In this document: piece after piece, positions 1 through 12,400 of the stretch | Layout of the letters: the number at the start of each line of letters is the position of its first letter | Numbering within the stretch: the stretch's first letter is position 1 | Assembly (NCBI RefSeq): GCF_947568905.1 | Contig: NC_079170.1 | Coordinates: forward strand, 43,090,001 to 43,154,000 | Direction: 5' to 3' | Origin: Ostrea edulis | Lineage: Eukaryota | Length of the DNA: 64,000 nt | The notes under the pieces: generated by a model | The model's input: the letters and a program-made list of their open reading frames with translations, nothing else | Told to the model about the DNA's origin: nothing | The model's database searches: none | Made by a program: the position numbers and the translations under genes

Positions 1-451
1 GTTTACAGCCAGCTGCTCATCAGTTTACAGCCAGCAGTTGATCAGTTTACAGCCAACTGTTAATCAGTTTACAGCCAACTGTTCATCAGTTTACAGCCAG
101 CTGCTCATCAGTTTACAGCCAGCAGTTGATCAGTTTACAGCCAACTGTTAATCAGTTTACAGCCAACTGTTCATCAGTTTACAGTCAGCTGCTCATCAGT
201 TTACAGCCAGCAGCCGGTCAGTTTACAGCCAGCAGCTGGTCAGTTTACAGCTAGCTACTGATCATTTACAGCCAGCTACTGACCAGTTTACAGCCAGCTG
301 CTCCCCAGTTTATAACAGGCTACCCACCAGTTTACAGCCAGCTGCTTACCAGTTTACAGCCAGCTACTCACGAGTTTACAGCTAGCTACACATCATTTAC
401 AGCCAGCTACTGACCAGTTTACAGCCAACTACTCACCAGTTTACAGCCAGC
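1..451 (-). repeat. 22-bp minisatellite = FBXL13 exon tail + 5' splice site
   Basis: Minus-strand unit GCTGGCTGTAAACTG|GTGAGTA, about 20 copies in window; the terminal unit is the real exon end (437) and donor. Confidence 0.95.
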
Positions 452-3400
452 TAAGTTTAGGGATGTTAGATAACGACAGCAGAAGGCAAGGTTCTTGATA
501 GCACCATCTGTCAACAGCTGGAAATAAAGAAGAGTATGGGTTGAAAGGTGTTTATCTTCACTAACACCCACACCAGGTATAAGTACTCAGAATCATCTTT
601 TTTAAATTTTCGTTTGACTTCTCACAATTTGTTGTACAGGGGAGTGGTACCTTGCAGTGTGATAAGTCCAGCCTCTCGATGTCCTTACATTGCTGTGTGA
701 ATTTCTGTAGACCCAGGTCAGTGATGTCTGCACACTCGGAGAGGGTAACGTCCCTCAAGTGGTTATTGTATTTCCCCAAAGATGACAGCCCCTGTAAATA
801 AACAAAACAGAATACAACTCCACATACTGATGGTCATGGCTCATTTATATTGTAAATTTGTGGAATTATTTGAATTTTTGGAAGTCAATTATCATAGATT
901 GGCAAGATTGTACCATTATGTTGGGATGTCAATTTGTGGATATGGTTTCTGTAGATTCATACATCATAGGACTTTGTGTAAGATTGTTGTGGTTTGAAAT
1001 TTTTTGAATAAGGGCATCCATTGACAGCCTCAAAAATTGAGCCCTCATAAAATGTAATGACTCCACAGAATACACATGTAAGGGCCAGATATCATCTAAT
1101 TGACAGGCATATTGATAAAAACAGGATCTGGAAACATATCCCTCACATGGCATACCAAGGAGTGCTTCATACAGAAACACAAAATACTGCTTTATAATAC
1201 TTCATCCGAACAGTTACAGCCGGATATATCCAGAAACACTAGACACTGCTTACCTCATCCAAACAGTTACATCCGGATATATCCAGAAACACTAAACAGC
1301 CGGATATATCCATGCAGAAACACTAAACACTGCTTACCTCATCTGAACAGTTACAGCCATGCAGATATCTCCAGGGAAACTAAACACTGCTTACCTCATC
1401 CGAACAGTTACAGCCGGATATATCCAGGGAAACTAAAGCATGCAGCTGACCCAGAAGTTCTATCCCTGATTTCTCACTGATGTGTTCACAGAAACAAACA
1501 CTCAGGTACACCATATTCTTAAACCTGCAATTCGAATAACCACAGTCATGATATTTCACATTAACTTTCAAAACTGATACATACTGTAAGTTGCTTTGAT
1601 TTCACATTAAGTAAAATCTACTTTTAAAATTTTGATTATGAAAGCAATATGATGTTATTTGAAATATTCTGAATAATAATGTCATTCACTATAGGTTTGA
1701 TTTCGTGGAAAAATGATAAATCATGAACATAGTGAAATTAAAACCATCCTGTTCATTTCCCAGTCTTTAGTATTCATATCTTCATCGCTGTTTTGCAAGT
1801 CTGGGTGTTATTTTGGAATAAAGGACTGAATCGCATCATTTTCCTTTTAAAGCGAGCGCAGTTTGGTTGCAGTTTTGACTGACAAGCACTTACTTCCTGA
1901 TATTAAACATGGCCATGTCTCCCACTCGTATACAGTTAGTCAAGTTCAGTTCCCTCAGGGACCCAGCACATGATCCTTCAGCCAAGTTCTGGACGCCCGT
2001 GTTGGTTATCCTGCCAAAGAATTGTAAGCATTACTTCAGACACATAAACTATCCAGTCATTATCTCACAGGTAGAGGTGCTCTTTTTATATAAGTTATCT
2101 TTAAATCATACGAGGACTTAGAGATTTTGTTACTTATAGAAATGTTCTAATAATGCTCATTCTTATGCACTACACATGATAGTGTAGACTCCTTCTTTTA
2201 CGTACTAAATACTTTTGAAATATCACGAAATGTCTCAAATTGTGAAAACATGAATTCGCAAGTAGTCTGTTGATTAAGAGTTTTTACATGTATGTCAACA
2301 ATATAAAAAAAAGTGAGTAATTTTATTTCATCAGCGTTGCTTTTCGATAAAGTACCCAATAATGAATTCTTCACATCGTATATCTACAAATCTTCATTAC
2401 CTGTTTTTAACATCACAAATTCAATCATATTTTGTTCTCATTAGATAAATGGTTATTGTGCGTAGATTACTTACTGCACGACATCAGCTATGTTACAGAC
2501 GACAAGTTTCGTGCAGTTTGCGATTGCCTTCAGTGACACGTCTGTCAGTCTCTGGCAGTCTGCCAAATACAGATGCTCCAGGTCTGTACAGTTTTTCCCT
2601 ATTGCTTTCAGGGATAAATCCGACATTCTCTGGTTACCTAAAAAAACCCAGAAATAACATGTCACACTGAGGAAAAAAACCTCTGATTAATCAAAGTGAC
2701 ACAAATAAGTAGAATGAGTGACTCAGTACCTTGATTATGAATCACATATAATTCATCACTATCAGTTTAAACATGTTTTCGGCAAACACAAAGTCATGAT
2801 GTCTATATCAAAGTTATAGACCCAAACAGATAAACAGAAAACTTGATCTCCAAGTGCCACATTGCTCTACATGTACATGTATATGTTCATATGATGCAAA
2901 ATCTACCAGCACACAGAAAAGTTTTAAAATGCAATATTTTACAATGCGCATATTCATATTACAATACTATTGCGAATTGCAAATTAATTTCACAAATTTT
3001 CGTACGACGGTATACAGTTGTGTCTGTATAGGAAATAACTAGTGTCTGTATTACATAGTAAAATATCAGCAAGAAGGCTATTAATACTGTAATGCGTTGG
3101 GGTCGATCTAACTGTCAGAAAGAACATACATTTTGTTTTTTCATCCTGACAAGTCCATTATGCTACTAAATTCTACATTACATATATTAGCATAAATCTG
3201 ATCTGTGTTATCACCACAGAGATGCATATTAGTTACCTTCTACTCGCAGTTTCCGGAGATGCCTGTTGTTAGCCAGTCGTTTGAATGTTTCGTCAGTCAG
3301 CAGTGGCGATCCAAGGATGGACAGGGTGTGGATCTTGGTACATTTAGCAGCTATGGCCTAAAAAAGCATTGCATAAACCAGTACTGTATAACGTGTAAAT

Positions 3401-6400
3401 CTTCTTTTGTTACCAATGAATACACTCTGAATCCGTGTTTTATACTGAATTGTACAGGATATCTGATTTTTGGTAAGTACTGTATCTAGTTTTATTCATG
3501 AGGCTTTCATTTATAAAAATTTTTTGAGTACACTCGCATCTTTGATGGCCATGAGTTTCTAATTTTAAAATGCTAATCTTCCAGGGTTTGGAAAGAAGAG
3601 AAGCCTATCATAAAACCTTCGCAACATGAGATTACAGTAAAACTTTAGATCTCATAACAGATTTCCTGTCTGCATTTACTAACATAATATAAACACAATA
3701 TCAACCATTTTCGATAGTTTCCTATGGTGCATGCATTAAAAAAGAGTTTCGTGGAGATTTTCTGATGCAGTCATTACATGACAACGCTTGAGGAGAAGAT
3801 GGAGGTACAGAATAAGACTTCAGATACTCACTATCATACAGTCGTCATTGAGAGTCGGAAACTCATTCAGAATTAGCGTCTGTAACATAGTACAACCATG
3901 TGAGAGGCTCTTAAAACCATCTGGAGTTATCTGGAAGAAGAGCATTTAATGAGAGTTACATCCTGAAGAAAATGCAAATCAATAAAAAGAATAATTTCCA
4001 CTTGAAATAGTTTTTCTGACTGATTATTTAAAAATTCAAGCAGAATCTGAACTGCATCTTCAGTGAAATTCCCTCCGGATTCCTTACAGTGGATTAAGGC
4101 ACCAGCTTACCTGGAGGCATCCAGACAAGTCCAGGTATTCCAGTTTCTTACTGCACTTTCCAGCAGACAGGTACTGCAGTCCGCGGTCAGAGAACTTCTT
4201 ACAGTAGCCCAGACTCAGGAACTGGACATTGTGGCAGTACCTGGTCAGCGAGGAAAATGGGGTCATTTCAGTGGGTGGAGAAATGTGGTCATTTCATTGG
4301 ATGGAGACACAGGCACTCAATGTTTTAAATATATACATACTATTAGATAAAAAATATGTCTTCCTATAAATAAACTGGGAATATGTTTATAGGAAGACAA
4401 ATATTTTATCATATTAAATATTAAAAATGTTGAGTGCCTGTGGGTGGAGGAATGTACATGACATAACTATCATATGATACATATATCGTATGATTATAAA
4501 GTACATGTATATGTACTTTTATACCTGCATCACTTTAAGAATATAATTTTCTTACTTCCTTGACCATAAATGTTATTCGCATGATGAGAGCGGTACATTA
4601 CCGGCATGTATCAAATTTTCCTGGTTTAAGTACATGTATAATTCATGGGGACTTGACTTTATACTTGTAAAGTCATTATTCTTTTAAGGAGAACAACTCA
4701 AATTAATGGGCATATAATAAGGGAAATTAAACTCTATGAATATTGAATTAACGATTTTACAAAATATGTTCTGTCTTACTGATTTCAAATTACATCGATG
4801 ACTATTTTGATGATAATCAGATAAAAGACTGTACAATTTATCTGCAGTACTTACTTAGAAATGGTCCTCAGCGAAGCATCGGTAATGTGGGTGTGGGACA
4901 GATTGAGGTACAGGATAATTTTACAGCCTTTTACAACTAATTTTAGGGACTCATCCTAGAAAAAAAATTCAGATATTCATTTTATGAATAAAATGTACAA
5001 GACTTAGTATATATAAAAACACTTATAGATCTCTAAACAATTTAACAAAAAAAATTTTCACATAATATCTTTGGTTGCTTAGATTAATTAACCTCTAGTT
5101 ACAAATTTAGTCATACTAATTGTCCAAGATTAAATTAAGATAAAGCGTTCTGACAAAATACTGTCTATTTATTGCATGAATTATTAACAGTTTGTTTGTT
5201 TCATTAGTAAATACAGTTGAACTTTCAAATATGGTATTTCAAATATCGGTATCTTGAATACCATGGACATGTTAAAGTACGTGCGCTGGAAGTCCCAACT
5301 ACATTTTGTTTCTGGGCACGATCAAGTTCGAGATAACAAGGTTTGACGGTACTTACATCCAGACCCTTGCACTCTGACAGGTTGAGATCCTGTAGATTTC
5401 TGCATTCACTGACGGCCATGAAGGTGGAGGAGTGAAGCTGGGAACAGCCGCGCATGCTCAGGTGAATCAGGTACGGCCGACATTTAGACAGGAGTTTTGT
5501 GGTCACCGTGTCAGTCACTCTGTTAGTGAGATTTCCGAGATAGAGGCTTAGTCTATATAGAGTTTACATTTTCTCAAGAAAAAAAATGCTCGAATTACAT
5601 TAAAAAATTTAGATTAAAAGCTAGGAAAATAATTAACTCAACCAACTAGCCCAAAAACTGATTTTCAAACTGTATGTAATTATTAATTTAAATATGGTAC
5701 AGTAATTCATATATGAATTGTGTTTTAACTTGTATACTCGGAAGAAAACTTCTCTTCTTTAAACCTTAACATGATCAGCCATCAAAAAGAAGTCTTGAAA
5801 TTAAATTTTATAATAAAAAAAATTTCATGTTTAGTTCTAACTCTATAATCTATAAAGCAAAAATGATATGAATATTATACTTGATTTCTCTAGCAATTCT
5901 ACAAAGCTGTTGTTAATATTTACAAGTATTTCTCTTCACAAGAACATGGGTTTATGCTGCAGACATTTAACATGAACAAGACACTACACTTCACAACTAC
6001 AGCATAATTATTTCTGACGAGACTAGAAGTAGATTTCTCTATTTCTTTTCTAGGACAGCTGCAAGAGAGGTTATATACAAAGGGCAATAACTGTGATGTA
6101 TCTTGTAAGCAGTGAGTGGCTTCCCCTTCACCTGTGAAACAGTCTATTAAAAAGGATTTTTCAAAAACTCCATAATGTTCTGTGACAAAAACCTAAAGAA
6201 TATTGATTAAGGAATTAAGAAAGCCAAAACATATCTAAAATTCATTAATGAAATATGATTTGTCAATACAATGAGCATCTGATTATATCTGAATGATATC
6301 ATTCACTCCCATGAACCATTTAACACTGTAAATTAATTTGGATAAAATAGAGAATCTGTATGAAACACTGTATCATTAAAACTTAAATTCATTGCAAGTT

Positions 6401-9400
6401 AGGAATTTGTCTACGCTCTCCTATATCAGAAAATTTTGGCACAATGGATTTTTTTTTTAATGGCAGATGATGAGAAATTGCAAATATTGAAAGCTAGCTT
6501 CCAAATTTCCTTTCATATGAATCATAATTGCATAAAATAAAAATAATTATAATTAATCAAAAAGTGTCAAAAATATTTCTATGTACAGTAAAACACAGAT
6601 ACAGTGAACATGTTTATAATGAATTCACATTTACAGCAAAGTGATTTTCATTCCCTGCAGTTTTAAAACATATCATGAATTTATTGAATATAATAAATCA
6701 TTTTTTGGTGATAATTGTTTATGGGGGAAATCGGGACATCTTATGTAATGATATGACAATGTTTTATATTTGCTAATTTCCCCCTTTGTTTGTGGACCTT
6801 CATTTTTGTTATTTTTTCCAAATGATATATTTCATTCTCAGTCCATTCCTTGTCATTTAATAAAAACAAGCTTTGGTGAGCTGTTTCTTGTAAGGAGAAC
6901 TGTATGAGACAAATGTAGTTGTTTGTCCCCAGCACTTCACAATAAGCATGTTTTACTGTAATTGTTCGTCCCCCAGCACTTCACTATAAGCATGTTTTTA
7001 CTGTAATTGTTCGTCCCCAGCACTTCACTATAAGCGTGTTTTACTGTAATTGTTCGTCCCCAGCACTTCACTATAAGCATGTTTTACTGTAATTGTTCGT
7101 CCCCAGCATTTCACTATAAGCGTGTTTTACTGTAATTGTTCGTCCCCAGCACGTCACTATAAGCGTGTTTTACTGTAATTGTTCGTCCCCAGCACTTCCC
7201 TATAAGTGTGTTTTACTGTAATTGTTCATCCCCAGCACTTCATTATAAGCGTGTTTTACTGTAATTATTTGTCCCCAGCACTTCACTATAAGCGTGTTTT
7301 ACTGTAATTGTTCATCCCCAGCACTTCACTATAAGCATGTTTTACTGTAATTGTTCGTCCCCCAGCACTTCACTATAAGCATGTTTTACTGTAATTGTTC
7401 GTCCCCAGCACTTCACTATAAGCGTGTTTTACTGTAATTGTTCGTCCCCAGCACTTCACTATAAACGTGTTTTACTGTAATTGTTCATCCCCAGCACTTC
7501 ACTATCAGCGTGTTTTACTGTACTTTTCTACTTTAAGAAAAATCTGCCCAAATATTCCACTGCCAAAGTCAGCTGATATACAATTATATAGAGTTTTTGA
7601 GAGGAAACAGTATTACACACTAGATATATATAAAGCCCGAGGCTCTGGTGTTAAATATTAAACAGTGTATATATACACAGGCTGGTAATATATGACATAT
7701 AGCTTCAATAATGTGTCTCATACCCATAGGCCAATCTACATGGTCCAGTCAAAAAATCCAAGCCAAAAATAGAAGGAAAAAATCCAACACAGTTATAACA
7801 CACATTTCTGGGCATGCAAAGTTTAGTGCAGAATTAATTCATGATTTTTGATATATTCTAAATTTCTTTGCGATTTTAATGGGCTGTAATGATTTTGTAT
7901 ATCAATTATTGCTTGATTCTACTCACAAGATGTGTATGGTGTGATTGATAAGGATGAAGGAAATTCCTAATTCTTTTTTTTCACCAGGTAATGTAATACT
8001 TAATCATATCTCACTGATTGCCTGTGTCATATTATGTGTTACAGAATTATTGTATAATGCTAATATTCAGTGTGCAATAAACATCTTTCAGACAGTAAAA
8101 TAGCCCATAAAAATGGCATGCATGTTGTGCATTAATTAACCCAATCCATGATGGTTAAAATCTTAGAACACTGTAGGGTCAGTATTATTTGTGCAGGGTA
8201 GGATCAGAGGTAACAATGAATACAGGGGAAATGTTAAGGTGACCTTAAAACAGATGAACCCAATAACATGTGTATAAAACTACACAAAAAACTCATCAAC
8301 CACACCCACTCTCCCAGCCAACACCCAGTCCCATCAACCACGCCCACTCTCCCAGCCAACAACCATGCAGTCCCATCAAACTCATACATAATTGCATATC
8401 TTCAATCGTGTGTGACTAATCTTAAGACCATACGATTTTCTGCATTTCAAATACATTTTCTAGCCCATTGATATTATAATATTAATTTCCATGCAATATG
8501 TGTAATACCAATTTGATAATTGCAGGTTACAGCTATTTACTTTACAATTTGAAGCTTACAAAATGTACATATTAAGTGAGAGGGGTTTTTCATTATTATA
8601 TAAACACATCAAAAGAAGGAAATAAATTCAATAAAATTTTTTGCAAGCTTAACTAACATGAATATATGAGAGCTGAAACATTAGTCGAATAATACAGCCT
8701 CAGTACCTTAAAGGAATAGCTCCAAATTATTGACACATGCCATTACAATGAGGTATAGTGTAATTAAAGAGTTTAAATAAATGTATGATTTCAAACTTAA
8801 TGCAGTGAAGACGAGGACTATGCATTCTGTATTGCATTTATAAACATATTTTATAAGAATAATTATGGGATGAAATATTACATCTTAAAAGTATCTGAAC
8901 TGATGCTGCAATTTATCATGCGAGAAGAATTTAGAAGTACTTTGATATGAAATCTTTTCAGTAAGTGTTCTTTGGAACCTGTTTTAAATTCAGCACATAA
9001 ATCATACCTGTTTCTCACTTTGCTGAAATCCAGCTGAAGAAAAAAGAAAAATTAATTCTATTTCATATGAGTCTTATCATGCAATGTACATATCAAATAT
9101 GACATTTATATCAGCATCACAAATGACTTATCATTACATTGTACCTTATGTTCTGATTCAGAAAACCAGTCATAACTACACCATCACTGATCTCAGTCAC
9201 AAATTAAAACTACTCTAAATCTCGATGAGAAATATAACATGGACATTTGTTTCAATCTACAGTATTGTTCTGTATGTGTTTGATTTAAGCAGATTTTGAA
9301 GACTGTCACATTACCAGTGAAATTTAACAATATCCGTTTACACCTTACCCTATGGTAGGCGATGACTGCCGCACGTTACCAGTGACATTTAACAATATCC

Positions 9401-12400
9401 ATTTACACCTTACCCTATGGTAGGCGATGACTGCCACGTGTTACCAGTGACATTTAACGATGTCTGTTTACACCTTACCCTATGGTAGGCGATGACTGCC
9501 ACGTGTTACCAGTGACATTTAACAATATCCATTTACACCTTACCCTATGGTAGGCGATGACTGCCACGTGTTACCAGTGAAATTTAACGATATCTGTTTA
9601 CACCTTACCCTATGGTAGGCGATGACTGCCACGTGTTACCAGTGAAATTTAACGATATCTGTTTACACCTTACCCTATGGTAGGCGATGACTGCCACATG
9701 TTACCAGTGACATTTAACGATATCTGTTTACACCTTACCCTATGGTAGGCGATGACTGCCACGTGTTACCAGTGACATTTAACGATATCCATTTACACCT
9801 TACCCTATGGTAGGCGATGACTGCCACGTGTTACCAGTGACATTTAACGATATCTGTTTACACCTTACCCTATGGTAGGCGATGACTGCCACGTGTTACC
9901 AGTGACATTTAACGATGTCTGTTTACACCTTACCCTATGGTAGGCGATGACTGCCACGTGTTACCAGTGACATATAACGATATCCGTTTACACCTTACCC
10001 TATGGTAGGCGATGACTGCCACATGTTACCAGTGAAATTTAACGATATCCGTTCACACCTTACCCTATGGTAGGCGATGACTGCCACGTGTTACCAGTGA
10101 CATTTAACGATATCTGTTCACACCTTACCCTATGGTAGGCGATGACTGCCACGTGTTACCAGTGACATTTAACGATATCTGTTTACACCTTACCCTATGG
10201 TAGGCGATGACTGCCACGTGTTACCAGTGACATTTAACGATGTCTGTTTACACCTTACCCTATGGTAGGCGATGACTGCCACGTGTTACCAGTGACATTT
10301 AACGATATCTGTTTACACCTTACCCTATGGTAGGCGATGACTGCCGCACGTTACCAGTGAAATTTAACGATATCTGTTTACACCTTACCCTATGGTAGGC
10401 GATGACTGCCGCGTGTTACCAGTGACATTTAATGATATCTGTTTACACCTTACCCTATTCCAGAGACTGGAGTGGTAGGCGATGACCTTCCAGGATCTAC
10501 ACACACAGGCACAGCGGGCCAGGTCTGCGATGTCCAGAAAACTAAAGACCTGGAAATGGAATCATGGAGCATTATAAAACAACAGAGAATTGGGTACATG
10601 GTGCTCCAAACAAAGAGATATTTACTTTATCAGATTGAAGGCATACTTTATGTAGCTTGTAGGTATATGTACAACATACTAAATGTATGTGCCAAATAAA
10701 GATATTTTCACATGGAAAATATTTCAAATTTCACTTATTCCTGACCATAACAAACAGCCATGCTAAATAACAGGTTGGCACACATGAGTTACTTATTCCT
10801 ATAACTACTACTCTACATCATATACGTGTATAGTGTATATGTATGACCTTCATTAAGGAGAAGGTTTGTATAGGGTTTAGCCTGCTGTCTTCTAAGAATA
10901 TATTAATGTCTGTGTCAATTAAACACCAAATTTCTACTGTAGTACTAACACCATGTGCCAAATTTCCACTCTGATGATGCTGTGGTAGCACAGTGTTATA
11001 ATCTTGACAGTGAGCTCAATCTCGAGCTGTCTAGACAGTTTATTATTACCTTGACAGAGAGCTCAATCTCGAGCTGTCTAGAGTTCATAATTACCTTGGA
11101 AGGGAGCTCAATCTCGAGCTGTCTTAAGAGTTTATTTCCTTGACAGTCAGTTCAAACTTGAATTTCTAGAGAATTTATCATAACCTTGACAGTGAGTTCA
11201 ATCCCAAGCTTTCTAGAGAGTCTATGATTACCTTGACAGCGAGCTCAATCCCGAGCTGACCAGATAGCTTGTCCTGAGCGTCTCCATCTCCTTGACCAAA
11301 CGTCTCCTCATCGTCCACATTCTCTCCTCGCTCCAGCCTCTGTCGGCACAAACATAAACACATCAGTTCACGTACACTACAGTACACTCACTTCTGCTGT
11401 TAGTACTATATGGCTTTTAAGCATATAATAAATTAAATATTAAAATGATTATATTTTGGTTGAAGTAATATAGATTTTAGTTTTTGAGACAATTATTGCT
11501 GCCTTGGGGTATAAAGTTTAAGATAACTGCTCAAAATGATGCGGATATAAAATTTTGTCAGTAATTATTGAATTAAATAGGAAAATTTAATCAAACTCTC
11601 TAATTCTCATCACTTATATGCAAGATAAGAATGTTCACATTTTAAAAAAATGTTTTTGTTAATTTTATATAACAGAAAAGTAATGAGGGAATATGCTACA
11701 ATGTCAGATAGCAAAGAAGATAAGGAGACAGAAGATACACAGGTCACCAGTCGGAGAAGGGAGGTAACTTGCACTGAGATATTTGTTGACGTTAATTACA
11801 TTTTTAACAGTTCATCTTTATGAATATAATATGCCTTTATGTAATCAATGCATGCTGTAAAATTTAGCGGCAGCTATGCGCAAAATATGCTAATTCAGTT
11901 GTGAATGTAAATGAAGCAAACTTTCTCTATTATCAACAAGCAAAGTTGATACCTAAACTAATAACAGATTAATATACGCAGAGATAAAAATGTTCATTAA
12001 CTTACTATCCTTAAGACACTCTAGTTTCTTTCAGATTAATTCGTCAAAAATTTGTACTAAACTTTTAGATACTGAATCGAATTCAGACAAGGAATGTTTT
12101 TAATAAAAGAATTACAGCATTAATTGTACCGACTGGGAATTTGTAGAGAAAAGTCCATTCTAAGTTCTATGATTAAGAGAGAAAAGTTAGGAGGGGGGGG
12201 GGGGGGGTATAAACTGGTAGAGGGGTCAGGATGTGGGTGTTACTTTGTGGAGCTCTCAAGGTCACTTCAAGGACAAGAATCAATGGATCAGGACATTATA
12301 CATCACAAACAGGAACACATGATGAGGGATCCACTGAATTAATCAATTTTGTCTTAGCTATCCTTCACCATATTTTTCTAACAGTATAGGCATTATAAAT

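Noticed and set aside
1100-1480. 126-aa plus-strand ORF with HCLPHPNSY repeats
   Set aside because: Antisense reading of the donor repeat and FBXL13 exon 18.
6921-7521. 43-bp array as another exon-junction array
   Set aside because: The unit matches no flanking FBXL13 exon and lies mid-intron; it is an ordinary minisatellite (useful negative control).
1-10458. Tandem arrays as CRISPR-like arrays
   Set aside because: No unique spacers; units are contiguous minisatellites in eukaryotic introns; no cas genes.
12124-12342. Possible nested gene exon in an FBXL13 intron
   Set aside because: Short ORF crossing a poly-G run, no convincing splice partners or motif; FBXL13 exons 7 and 8 join in frame without it.
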